DNA from: Raillietiella orientalis
Lineage: Eukaryota
Length of the DNA: 64,000 nucleotides
Assembly (NCBI GenBank): GCA_036172245.1
Contig: JAYWIR010000002.1
Location: forward strand, 6,200,001-6,264,000
Direction of reading: 5' to 3'
The notes beneath the pieces are model-generated. The model was not told where the DNA came from and ran no database searches. It saw only the letters and a list, made by a program, of their open reading frames with translations. The position numbers and the translations under genes are program-made. The first letter of the stretch is position 1. Each line of letters begins with the position of its first letter. Positions 48,380 to 61,600 of this stretch are shown here, piece after piece.

Positions 48380-51300
48380 TTCTGTTCTTGCAGTTTCCTC
48401 CTTTTTTCAAAAACTCAAAGGCTTATGTACTTATGAGGTACAAAAAACGGGAGGTTCATCTTGTCTGCGATTTTCCAATATGCCAGTCGGTCGAGTATAC
48501 ATTCGAATGCTCTCCCTCACACGTATACGTGTTCTCTTCATTTGTGTTGTGATTCCAGTAGATTTTGCGTGCAAGTGCATCCGCAGCATTATCTAAATTG
48601 CTTTGAAACTAATCTGGAACTAAAGGTCCATGCACATCCGGCCCAATAGTTAATGCAGATGGACACAAGTCCTCTTATTATAAACGTCTGAATGAAGGCA
48701 GAAAGCCTTAAATACGTGGTGGGGTCGGGGGGTGGGGGGTTGTTGGGAACCTGCATTTCTGTTTCTGCGGTTTGGATAAGATGCAGTTTCATGTACTCAT
48801 CAAGTAGTGCACAGTATTTCGAGATTTGTACAAATGAAATCTCTTTCTCAGCCACGGCGCTGTCAAACTTCTTGCGGTTGTCAGAGGAGGGCTTCGTACT
48901 ATACTGTAATATCTGATCACCGCACATTTCTCGAACACTGATTTTGGAGGTAAAAAAAAAAAAAAATCGTTCCGTGCGCTGTATTGTTCACAGTCATTGG
49001 AATCATCAGACAGAATGGAAATGAAGTTGTGAAACAGTAAAGGCCGTCAAAGATCAGGGAGGGATTTCGTTTCCATCGATCTTGATTCACATGCTACAGT
49101 GTGGTGAGAATGCACGCATAGTGTCTATCAAACGAGTAAGCCGGCAGAATCCCTTTCCAAGTATCCCTGGCAATTTCATAGTTTTTAAGCCTTGGTGAGA
49201 AGGACAGGGGAACTTTTTTTTTCATCCTGAAGACCGTCCTACCTGGTCCAGTTAACATCGCCAGCCTCGCTTTACGCACACGTTTTTGAAATAAAAGTTT
49301 CCTTGCATTAGCGTGAAAAATTTCAACGCCGATTTTTCGGAAAGACGGGAGAATTAAGGAGTGAAGGAGGAGCTGAAGGGAGGTGAACCAAAAGTTCAGC
49401 TTCCATCTGTGAGTTTGTTTGGGATGTTGGCTTAATTACTGATGCAGCTTCAATTATCACAGTGTAGAAAGGTGATTCGATCGATTGTGCCTGGTGAAGC
49501 TATTTAGAAAGCACTTCGCTGCAAGCATCTCTATTATCGAATGTGTGTGTGCCCTTTCATTTAGTGTGTTCTTCTTTGCTTTGCAATTTACTTTAATAAG
49601 AATGCAGTGCGGATCCAGGGATGTGAGGGCGCAAATGGAATGTGATGACTTGTTGCTCCGCCAATTACTGATTATTGCTGACATGCCCTCCACCAGATGC
49701 TATTAGGGGTAATGTAGTTCATGCCTGCAGATAATTATCATTCAGTTTGATGAAGAATTTGCCTGTGAAGGTGCGTCTCTCTCTCAGCACATCCAGTTTA
49801 CTTGGCCTTGCGTATGCGCCAAAAATGCTTGGAATTGTATTTGCAAAAGCTGCGGTTTCATGTGATTTCCCAAACACAAACGCTGGAATTCCGCCGGGAT
49901 GTTTCCACGTATCTCGCTTCTTTATCTTGTAATCAGTTTGTTTGGTAACAAAGGCACGTGCTTTTGTGCGTCCAGGACCAGTTTTTAGCGACGGATCCGC
50001 TATCTGCGAAGCATCCCTGCGTATCCCTCAAGCAAATTCATCCAGGGAAACCCCACGCCCCCGAATCCTTCTAGTACCTAGTCTGTTAGACGGAGTAATG
50101 GATCTTTCGGGGCAGGGCAAGTGAAAACTGTTTCGATCTGTGTTGCTTTCATGAAAGTGAGTCTCTTTAATGGAAGTAGTAAGTCTTTTTCTAATAAAAG
50201 TGTCCACACTCTCGTTCAGCAGCTCATTCAGTTGCATTGCTTTTCTAATGTGTTGTGCTGTAGTCTATTCAAAATTTCCAAGGGAGCAGAATTCGGTCTT
50301 TTCCTTCTTTCCTTTTTTCCCTTTTAGAAAATTCTCTTCCCCCCAACTCAACTGTCTTTCTGCAGGAAAAAAGATGTTTTGTGCTTGCAACTTGAAACCC
50401 CTTCGCGACGTAGATCCATCTTGCCCGACGCTCACCCTCCTTATTAAACGAAGACCTCTGTGTGTTTTTCCTCCTGCGTTCCCTTTTGGCTTTCGTGAGC
50501 TTCCTCTGAAGCCGCAGCCACCCTTCAACTCCTGCAGCGGATTCGATCCGAGCGTTCGTCTTATGTTCGTGCAGCAGCTATTGTGAAGAAAGCGCGTTCC
50601 CCCCCCCCCCCTGCTAAATGGTGCCCTGCCGTCATCGTGGTAATAAAAATTCAAATGCTTTGCCACGGCCCGAACGGACGCCCAGGCAGATCGCAACTAA
50701 ATAATTTTCGTACTTCGTTTTGCAGTGAGCCGAAAGCGAAAAGCGAACCCATTGAACCGTGTCGCATCTCGGCTGTGAAGTGTTCCGGCGTGGTGTAAAG
50801 TAGTTTGAGAACCAGCTTTCGAGCCCAGAAATGTAAAGAGGTTGCTGACCTTCCCTCACGTCCCTTTGTGACGCTCGTGTCACCGAGTTCCCCACTCGAT
50901 CTCTAATGACGGCTCTGCTGTGAATTAATCCTTCCGTATCGCTTTATCACGAAGGCCTTCTTTGTCTCCCGGCGTCTTGCGTTCCGGATGGTACGGCGGA
51001 GGGGGGGAGGGGGAAGCGTACCTTACAACACTTCTCGTACGCTTGGAAAATTCCAAAGCAAGAAGTTTCGTGTCTGTGTGTTCTTGAAGACCGACTGCTG
51101 CAGGGTGTGCCGCACTGCGCGTGAATATTCACCCGCAGGTAGCGTCACCCCAGCTTTCGGAAAGCGCGTGGAACATGTTGGACGGTTGTCCGACCGAGGT
51201 CTATCGGACGTGGCTACCTGTTGCCGATGTTTCGATTCCGTCCGTGGTCGTGCAGTTCCTTCCTGGTTCCCTCGCATGGGACGCCAGCCTTCCTGCTTTG

Positions 51301-51779
51301 CGGAAAGAGAAAACGGGGGGGGGGGGGACCGTCACACTGAAATCGAGATTCTCTTCTTTCGTGTGTTTGTATTACTCGTGATCCAACGGAGTAGGCCGTG
51401 ATTTATCGTCGCTCATTTCATGCGGTGGTCACTTTGGACGGGAAGGCGAGAGATTCCTTGGAATGTTCTAGGCATGTGTAAGAGAAGGTGGTATCCGATG
51501 CTTATTCCAAATCGCCAGCAGGAAGTTGGCCATTTTGAAACCTGCTTATGCTCTTAGAGATTTTTGTTACATGCTCGCCGTTGAGTGATAACTTTTGACA
51601 ACTACTCCCGATTGTGTAAACGTGCATGTGTGTCACCGTCTGCCATGGCTTTCCTCCATAATGTAAGGAATCATTTTAGATATCTCCAGTAGAGCTACCT
51701 GTGCATGCAAGTACGGACTACCCTTATCCTCAGGAGAGTGCAGATGTCTCCGATCACAGTTTCGGTAAGTTCCCCCGAA

Positions 51780-52200
51780 AGTGAGCCGGTTCGGCGGCAT
51801 GCGTTCCCCCCACCCCCCCACCCCGCTGGCCGACCCCCGGGAATGCAGCAGCAGCAGGCAGGCAGGGGGAGGCGGGGGGGGGGGAGAGGTTCGCGCCACG
51901 CTGCGAGCGCGCGCGGGTTCCCGAAACCCCAGCTCCCCCCGTGCTGCTGCACCGAGAACGTGGAATGAACGTGCATCCCGCGAACCCGTCACGGGAGCCT
52001 TTCCGTTCCCCCGTCTTGGGCGAACCCTGGCCATCGCACGCTGACGTTCGGCAACCTGGCGAGGAGGAGCGGCAGCGGGAGCGACGGCACCCGCTCCCTC
52101 ACGTTTGCGCTCGGCTCGGGAAATGGCTGCGATTTGTTAAGCAGATCGACGGTATTTGAGCCCGAAATGCATTCTGGGAAATCGACCTTCGTGACGTGAT
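51780..52200 (+). promoter_or_regulatory. CpG-rich island just upstream of the LARP4 coding cluster (proximal promoter or alternative first exon)
   Basis: Local CG/GC peak ending in a phase-1 donor (GACG|gtattt at 52151/52152) compatible with the phase-1 acceptor at 52722/52723. Confidence 0.45.
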
Positions 52201-52722
52201 TTTGCGGAAGGCTAATTGGGATTGTGTTTGTAGTTGAATAATCATTTGTAATTGATATTTTTCAGCATATCATGTTTTTTTTCCTCGATAATTAACACCT
52301 TGTACAGTCATCCAGTTCCAACTAATAATGGAATAAAAAAAAAAAGTGATCTTTTAACCCAGTTTGTATGTAATATTCCGAGTCTAACATTTCGATGCCT
52401 TTAATTGCACGTTAAGTTTGCAGCATTTCGTAATTTTTGAACCCAGTTTTTTTTTTTTTTATTTTTTTTTTTTTAAATCAAATTTCCATGATTTTCTCTG
52501 TGCATGTTCGTGTTATCGGTATGTTAGATACAGCCCCGTGATGCAAAGTGTTCCAGCCATACTTCATTCATTTTTAAGTGTACAGTAACTTGTCTGTAAT
52601 CCTTGCAATCGGGTTTTCATTGTATCGGAGAAGGACTCTTCATTGGAAACTGACATGATACTGTTCCAGTGCTTACAATACTAATGTGTTCTTTTTATTT
52701 TGGTTATCTTTTTTCCATGAAG

Positions 52723-55357
52723 CTGAGTTAACCCAATATGGAGATCCCATAGCCCTAGTGAATATGCCTTCTGAGGTCATGCCTGTTTATCAGTCAGTTG
52801 ACAAAAAGTATAATATTCATTATCGGAATAGAAAGTTTAATAATGTAATTCAGTGGTCCTACTAGTTCTGATGATGTGGAAGCTCTTGATTCTCCAAAGT
52901 CTTCAGAAACTATTGTTGCCATTGTGCCTGATACTCAAGAGGGTGGGACAGAGGAGCCTGCAATACCTTTGGACCAACTAAAGGCTATGTTGGCTTCTCA
53001 GCTGGAATATTATTTTTCGAGGTACAAAGAAATGATTGTATAAACATGTCTAAATTGTATTCATAATTATTTGAAGACAAAATCTGGCCAATGATACCTA
53101 TTTGCTGTCACAAATGGATAGTGATCAATATGTACCAATCTGGACAGTGGCCAATTTCAATCAGATTAAGCGACTCACTCAGGATATTGGTTTGATTACC
53201 GAGGTCCTTCGAGAGAGTCCCAATTTACAAGTAGATGAAGAAGGGCGCAAAGTTCGTCCAAATTACAAACGTTGCACTGTGATATTACGTGAAATTCCTG
53301 AGAGCACCCCAGTGGAGGAGGTCCAGGCTCTTTTCAAAGGAAACAACTGCCCCCGTTTAACAAACTGCGAATTTGCCCATAATAACTCGTGGTATGTAAC
53401 TTTTGAAACCGATGAAGATGCACAAAAAGCATACTGCTATCTTCGTGAAGAGGTGCGGGAATTTCAAGTAAGTCTTGTGCATACCTTGGGTATAATTAGA
53501 TTCTGTGAATCAGGGAAAACCCATAATGGCTCGCATTAAAGCAAAGCCAGTGACAAGGACTTTCCCTAATTTCTCATCAGCCAGGTCATCATCTCCTGAC
53601 AACAAAGAGGAGCTTACTTCTATGACTCCCATGGAACCTGTGTACACAGTTCCATTTACTACACCTCCAGCAAGTGCTCCACTTCAAGCACAGCAACAGC
53701 ATTTTAGCTATAATGGAAATCATACTGGACAGATAAGTCCATTTGGTGGACAACAGTTTCATATCTATGTATTTGTTTTCATATTTGCACATGGATAGTT
53801 TTCTGATTAAATTGTGCATTTTCTTTCAGACATTGCCTCCAAACTTTTATTCCAACATGGTTCCAGGCTGGCAGTCATCTGGGTTTTATGATTTGGGAAG
53901 TGTTTTCTCCCTGAATGGATTGCATCCTCAAGCCAGCTATAAGGGAACTGGTGGTGGTAAATATGCCATGCGTGGAAGGTAATTTTTTTTTTTTTTTTTT
54001 GTCATCATTTTTTTTTGAATGGTATCTTATTAAAAATTATTTGAAATTCTTGTAAACAATAACATGTAAATCAATAAGACGCGATTATAAAATTCCATTG
54101 AGGGAAAACGAACTTCTTCTTTTGAATGTAGAGATAAACGGGCTTTAGATAAGAGTGAAAATGGTTCTGCTCGTCCGTACTACACGTATCCATCAGTCCC
54201 TTATGTGCCATGTGCAGGGCAACTTTTAGTGGTGCCACCAACACCCTCAAGGTATGTTGTGGAGAGGAAGGTTTTTATGGAAGATGAGTTTATGGGCGCG
54301 TTTTTTAGAGCTACATCTTTGGATAACATGAATACTGTTAAAGATGGTTTAGTAATTGCAAATGGTGGATACAGTCATGTGCAAGATGTCTATCCCAGCT
54401 CTCTTCCAGAACCTAGTCATGACCCAGGAGAATCTTTTCCTGACCATGGGGAAGTGGCACACAATTGTATGGATGTGAAAGAGATACCTGTTGTTAGGTA
54501 AACTGTGTACATCATTTCTCTGTTTCATCTTCACAGTAGGCAGCGTCTTAGGCGCAAGAGGAGAGAAGATGATTGCTCTGGTGCCAATGGCGCTACTCCA
54601 CATTTATCGAGAAATTTTTCTGCTGCAAATTCTTCACGTACTTCAGGAATGCAAGTACATGCAGCGAAGGAAGGAAATTGTAGCAGAACGGATGCCTCTC
54701 CTGAATTCGATTTCAAAGCTGCATCATTCCCTCCTTTGCCTGGGATGAGTGATAGTGGAAAACATGAAAATGCCGATCCTTGGGAGAATCGTTTGTCTGA
54801 TGTGGTTAAAGGGACAGCCCGGATGAGTGTGTGTTCAGGAAGTGATACTCCTAGTGGCAGTGGTGCTATGAATATATCCCAGGCTGTGAATACAAATTCA
54901 GCTGTTGCATGTAAAATGCCCTATACATTGAAGATTGATTCAGGGCAGCAAGGAGCATCTTTTAATTCCTTTTCTTCGTAAGTTATCTGTGACTTTGGAA
55001 AGATGGAACTTTAAAAAAGGATTTTTTTCTTTTAGGATAGTGGAGTGGCCTGATGATGATATCCCTAATGGTGCACGATCTCAGGCCTGTGTGGCCATCA
55101 ATCTTTGTGATATGGTTCCCCAAGTGGATAGCCTTTCGCCTCCATCATCTTGTTCTTCTGTCTCCAGTGCTCCTCCAGTAAGAGCAGTTGTCACAACAGC
55201 ACAGGACTGTAGCAGTTCTCTGTAGGAGCGGTCCAAACCAATGACATATGCCGAAGTAGCAGAACGTGCTCGTGGGAACACTGGTTCTGACAAGAAGGAC
55301 ATGGGGAAAGTTCAATCAGCAGGCGAATGGCATGCTTCCTCTTGCCTTCTCCCCTAA
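52723..55357 (+). CDS. LARP4: La-related protein 4, 5' end unresolved. Exons 52723-52807, 52854-53021, 53077-53467, 53514-53768, 53830-53978, 54132-54251, 54309-54497, 54537(54540)-54977, 55036-55177, 55226-55357
   Basis: La motif [103 protein letters not shown]. Downstream LARP4-family motifs [23 protein letters not shown] and KPMTYAEV. Confidence 0.95.
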
Positions 55358-56921
55358 ATGCTTATCTTAATGCCACCCATCCCACTGTGACCAATTAGTT
55401 TCAGTCCTTCTGATGGATTTAGTTGAGAAGACAGGACATAGGGTTGTGGTGAATTTTTCCTGCTGTTCCTGTTTTGTTTACAGGATTGTTTGGTTGTGTA
55501 AACTCCTGTGATAGAATCCTGTAATGTCCTGATTGACATTCTTTGTAGTACTCCAAATATGGATCTGAGGTTTCTCAAGTGCCTGTACATTTCCATAGTC
55601 ATCATTGTCATCTGGTGTCAGGGAATGTTGCTATTATTCCTCAGGTACTTTGTGTCCATGCTAATCATCTGGAAATTGGCTTATCGACTGGGTCTGTAAG
55701 CTTTTTGTGCACAGTGGAAGAGTGCCTTTTTTTACCTAAAGTTCTGTTTCCAACTTTAGGCTATTACTTTTACTTTGCTATCTTTGTCTAATAATAAACA
55801 TGTGTAAAAATGACCTTCAAAGTGAAACGCATGTGTATGAACACATCATCTGATCCTTGTGCATTCTGTAGAATCTTATTTCGCAGTTCGAAGATTCAAG
55901 AGTCAAGGATTTGTGTTCATAAGAATATAGCCCTCCCCAAACCCTCCCTGCCATGTTGTATTATTTGCCACTTTTTCCGAATAATAACTTTCGTTACGTT
56001 TCATGTTTCCATTTTTTTTTTTTTTTTTTTTTTTTTTTCGTATTTTGAAAGTACCAAATGCGCAATATATGCCTTAGAAGTAACGTATTGTTCTGATTTG
56101 TGTGTTATCAAAACGTGCATCCTTGTACCCATTTGTTTTGGTAAAGGAGTTCTCTTGCGTAGTTTTTTGCTGTTACGATTTTTTCCGAATCGCACTTTTC
56201 AAGGCAAGGAAAATTTTCCATCCACTTGTCAACTAAATTAATATATCAGTGTTTGACCCGTAACTACGATCCCAACATTTCCGAATGAAACTGCAGAAAA
56301 TATGCATTTGCGCAATATCCTGCTGAAATCGACACTTCATCTCTGGTTTAGATCATCTTTTATATAAACAATTGCATCTGGAGTTACATAATCTTCATTC
56401 CAAAGAGCTTCTTGGGATGTTTTGCTAATCCCACTAACTGAAACTATGAAGGAATAAAATTTTATTTAGTTTTACCTCAAAATCTGGATTTTTTTTTCTT
56501 TTTCTTTTTTTTTTTTAAAGCTTGATGCCCTCCAGAGGTGCTGATTGTAAACTGGAAAAATGAATCAAATGCAGTATACTCAAAGTGAAGTGTTTGGGAA
56601 AAACTAGTACATGTGGTATTTCAGAGTATTACATGTCGATTCTTTTCTAGCATGCGTTTCCAAAAGAATGTAGTAAGCGTGTTCTATACTCGGCACGGGG
56701 GGGGGGGGAAGGAACTACTTTGTTTTGTTTTGAGGTAAATTGTCCATGTCAACCACAAAGCAGGCGTTGCCTCCAACAAAAACTCGAATCGTAAACGTGC
56801 AAGCATCAAGTTTTTGTGGGTTGTTTTGTCAAGATCTGACCAAAATGACCTACTCACTAGCTAGTGTGACTCAAGTAGACGTTGCTATAGGTTTTCAGTT
56901 TTGGAAAAAAAAAAAAAAAGA

Positions 56922-58066
56922 CTAGCCAGTTCCGTCCGCAGTTCCTGGTGGTTGCAAAGCGACGTGCAACCTTTGGCTTGCAGGGGAGCTGGAATTCCTC
57001 AACCTGCTGGAGAAGCGGAGGATGAAACTGGATTCTCGTGTTGGCTGCCCGGCGGGCAGCGTGTCAGCAGCAAACAGCGCAGAGCTTCGGCTGCGCACAG
57101 TACTGAAGTCACGCAACGTGGTCTTCTGCCGGTGGAATCACCCGAGCCGAGTTCTGAGCTCGAAAGGAATGCCTTCCGGCATCGGGTCACGGAGACCTGG
57201 ATGGGGAACCAGACTCTTGCATGAAGTAGTACTACTGTTATCTCTTCTTGCTTGTGCGTGTTGATTCGGTTCTATTCCTGTGGGGAGGAAAACCAAAAAA
57301 AAAAAAAGATGCTGCGATAATGAGGTCAGAAAGACAAAACACACACACACACACACACACTGCGTGAGCCAAAAACTATGCGTGGCAGTTCTGCTGCAGC
57401 AATGCAAAGAATTTCGTTTCGATTTTATTACACTGTTTACACAGCATTGCGTTCCATTTTCTGCTTGGTATGCTCTGGGCTGCAAAAAAGCGGTTGTCGC
57501 TTTGGCTCCCGTTTTTTATACATATATATACATTTTTTTTTTTTTTTTTTTTTTACAATTTCTGCAAAAGCATCATAACTGAACGTTCCCCCTAGCTAAG
57601 GTGAATCTTTGAAAGTGTACGTCGCGCTGGCATCACCATGGAAGCAATTTTTTGGGCCCCATCCCAGTGGTCACTGTGCACACATGCACGGCTAACGATT
57701 CCCATTTGGTCGAGACGGTGCTCGGTTTCGACGAAGATCGTTCCGTCGCCCGAAGGAGGCGACTTCCTGGAGTCTGCGTGCATCGGCATTCGGTTCTGCT
57801 TGCTTCCCTTCCCGGTACTTGATACACGTTTGTTTACGAAGAGGAGGAGCCCCCGATCGAGAACAGCTGGAAAATCCGAACCGGCGTGGGCGGTAGGCAA
57901 AGGGAGCCCGCGGTACCGGGCAGGGGATGATCTTGCGCAAAGGCAAAACCACTTCCTGGACGTTGTCCGGTCGCTCTTCTCGACGAGCACTCCGTTTTCG
58001 TAAACTCTTGTTTCCACCCTTGGAGAAGCGAGCGTGCTCGTCCTACCCTGTTTGATGGCTCTGGTA
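56922..58066 (-). CDS. Candidate 3' four exons (57917-58066, 57697-57866, 57142-57277, 56922-57102) of an unrecognised gene convergent with LARP4
   Basis: Acceptors tttttcgcag, ttttccag, tccccacag and gacttcag with donors gtaccg, gttagc and gtgatt give about 211 codons in frame (introns of 50, 419 and 39 nt): TRAIKQGRTSTLASPRVETRVYENGVLVEKSDRTTSRKWFCLCARSSPAR-CSRSGAPPLRKQTCIKY..NGN-RIEPNQH..FELRTRLG-TVRSRSS..RESSFILRFSSRLRNSSSP..GTG*. Confidence 0.45.
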
Positions 58067-58649
58067 CTGCGAAAAATAAAACTGCAGCACGCGGTAAACC
58101 ACCAAGAACGGTTCCTCCTCGTCAGCGAAAGCCAGCAATCAAAGTTCCCGCGTTCGACCTGCACCGCAGTCCGTGTGCCCAAGGAGAGCTCGGGCAAAGG
58201 AAAATGCAAGCAAGACCCGGTCGAGGCGGATGCTGCCTTGGTGCTAAAGTGATGATGGCGCCATCGGAGGCTTCCCAAGCGTCATCATCCGTGTGGGTCC
58301 TGCTTCAAAGCGATTCTTCGAGAGCACACGTGAACTCGAATACGCGATTCCGTTCGTTCCCTGACACTCCGAGGGCGAGCTCCATTTACGCAAACCGGGT
58401 TTCTTCTTTTTCCTTCTTTCTTCGATCCTCCCCCCTCCCCTCCTTTTTGTTTTTGTGCCGTTCCCTAGGGTGCCTGTAGGTTTTTCCTTGCTTTTATTTT
58501 CCGTCGGGAAATCTGCGAGAACGTGCTTGTTATTTTCGCTGCACGGAAGGCATCTCTGGAATACGTGCCGAAGGCGCCCTTTACTCTTCGCTCCCTTCGT
58601 GAGCGCGGCAACCGTGGACGCTTTTTATTTCCGGCAGCAGCAGCAGCTA

Positions 58650-61600
58650 CCCGTAAGAATAGCAAGACGGAGTGGGTGGGCGCGAGCTTATCGCTATGTG
58701 CTTTGAGGAACCTCAGATAAGAGTTGGCGCGTTCCAAGGAAAACCCTCGCGCGCGCACTCGGGTGCATCCACTTGGGTTCAGTGTGGCTCCGCGTTCCGC
58801 AAGACGCACGGCCGCGACCTAGAGCGCTCCTGGGATGCGGTGGCCGGTGGGCACCTCGGAACCCCCGAGGAGGTCGCGCCGGCACATGCCGGTGGCCCCG
58901 AAGCCGCACCGGAGATGAACCGGAAGAGGAAACGCCCTCTTGCCCTCCCTTCTCTTTCCAGCCGACCGCGTTCACCACCGCCGCCTCGCTCTTTTTCGTT
59001 CCCCTCCAGCCCGCCAAATCATCTCCGGGGGGACGCGACGCCGGATAAGGTGGTGTAGGGTTGCTCGCGTGCTCCGTGGCTCGGGCGACCCCCAGCTTTA
59101 CCCCCCTTACCCGCTCGTCAGCGGAACCGTAGCCGACCAGAGCACGGCTCGGGAGTCCCCGGCTGAGAAGCAGAGCCCTCCTTTTCAAGTGCTCCTCGTG
59201 CGGAAGGGGCCGCGGTCGCAGCGCTTTTCAGGTTGACTGTGCGGCCCCCGGCAGCCTGGACACCCAGTGGCAGGCGCTCGTGCAGTGGCAACGCTCGGAG
59301 ACGCCGCTCCCACGTCGCGGAAGCACCAAGGGCGAACACGGATCCGGGGCAGCTCCGTAGTCCGCTCTCCTGCTCCGGGCGAACCGCGACTCGGCCCCGC
59401 GGTTCGGTCGGTCGCCGCGGGGGGAGCGCCTTGGGGCGTGTTGACCCGCGCAGCTGTCCGGAAGAAGGCGGGGAAGGAGAGACGCGGGCCTCGGGGGCCG
59501 ATCCTGAGCAGCGGCGCAGCTACGTCCGCCGGGCGATCTGGCATGGCGGAGAGAACCACTAGGATGACGGCTGGACCAGACCCGCTCCCAGGACGCCAAC
59601 GTCCTTTCGAGAAGAGAGACTCACCTGGCGAGGGGAGGGTGGAGGGAGGTAGCATCACATCGACCTGTGGGAAGAGACGCTGGTCGGTGCGCGCCTTCTG
59701 CGCCGCCGCAGCATGCGGAGGGTCGCCCGACCTCGCACTCGCAAGGAGAGCGCCACAAGCCAGGGGGAGGCCGAGAGAACTCTCCTGCTCCTCCATCAGG
59801 GGGAGCCTGGAAGGCCGACGGGAGGAGGCTCCTCCCCACCCGAGGGTCTGCCCTTGACTTGGCCGGTCTTGCCTTCCGCGGTCAGACGCCCCGTCGAGTG
59901 GCCCCTGGGGACCCGCGAGTTATCCCGGACGACTCCTGTCACGCCTCGGACCGCGGACCTAGCCGCCCGGAGAGAGGGGACGCCGCTGCTCTGCCTGCCC
60001 AGGTTCCCGGCCCCTTTGCCCGCCGGCCTCCCAGGCCGCTGCATAGGGAAGCTGCGATCTCCGCCGGCCGGCCCCTGCCTGCTCCTCCCTTCCGGAGCTC
60101 CGGACGCCCGGAAAAGACGCACCGTTTTCACGCCTCGAGGGAAATGGCAGCGGCAGAGATCGGGAGGAGCAGGGGCGGACAAGTGGGGTGGCGATGCCGA
60201 CAGGACGGAGACGACGAGGGTGGTGACGATCATGGCGTTCAAGATGGTGCCGGCAGGGCCGGAGAGGAGCAGCCGGGAGGGAGGGCGGAGACGCTCCCGA
60301 GGGAGCGGAGCCACTCCAGGACAGCGCCATCCCCACCAAGATCCTCCCACGGGTCACGCAGTGACCTCAGTTGGCTCGTCCGTTCCGTGGGGCGCGCGTA
60401 GGAACTCACGGGAGCGCAAAGGGCGGCACCCTTTCCTTAGAGAGCTGCCCGAAACGCCCTTTCCCGGTATCGGCGCGGTTCGCCAGCTCATAGGCTCTTT
60501 CCAGGGTCAGAGGAACGTTGACCCCGACGACCAGCTGCGACCACGAAGAAGGGAGGGTCCAGATGGGAGGGGAGAAGAGATTCGGCCACTTCCTCCCTTC
60601 GTCCCGAGGGACGTACCAGGGCTCCGGTTTCCAGGCGCGCGCGCCACCGTGACTGCCTCTTCCGGCGAGGCGGCAGCACCACCAGCGCGACAGGAAGCGC
60701 ACCGGGGGACTCGACGTGGTTGGTCCGTAGTAGGGAGTCCCTTCCCTTGCTTCCGCTCGAGCCACTCGCGTGCCAGGGAAAAGGGAGGGAGCAGCCCGTA
60801 CTGCGCGCCCTCTATGGTCGCGTAGGCGGGACCCCCCTCACCTCCTCACCTCTCCTTCCCCTTGCGTCTGTAACCCTTCCCCTCGCGGGAGTCTCCACCG
60901 GAATGATGGAAGGACGGGGAGGTGGCTTCCCGTTCGCATCCTGGCCCTCCCGGGAGTGTCTCTCCCAGCCGCCGCTGCAGGGTAGATGAAGGCAGTGTAG
61001 AAGCGGAACGAGGCAGGTCCGGGACGAACGAGGGTTCCCGAGGGGAGGGAGGGGACGCGGTTCGTCATGGAAGAGGGATGCACTCCTGGAGGAGGGTCGG
61101 AGTGTCCTTAAGAGCGCGCACCTCCTCATTGCGCGCGCGGGGGGGAGGGGGGAGGGAAGCAGACGCTCGCTCGTTGTGTGAGCGGCAGGTAGATGGTGCG
61201 GGCGGCGGCGGCGGCGCGGGGTGACTCCGCCGTCCGCGGACAGCAGGCGCTCACGTCACTCCGGCCTGACGGTGCGGAGATATCGTCGAGCACCTCGCCG
61301 CTGCGCGTTCCGGGCGCGATAGCGGCGGTGGCTGCGGTGAGCGCGCGCGGCGGTGGTGGCGGCGGCCCTGGGAGGAAGGAGAGAAGCAGCGGCGGCGGGG
61401 ACGCCGGAGGTGGCACCTGCCGCGCACGATGCGACGTCGCGGCTGATGTGATACAGGATGCGACATGCCTTTTTTGTCTTGCGTTGCCATCGTTTCGGAA
61501 ACGGAAGTTTTTTCCCCCACTGCTGCAGAATCGCCCGTCGAGTAGCTCGGAGAAGTGGCACTTTGTAATTCGAAATGGAAAAGGTAAATTCGATTTCATA

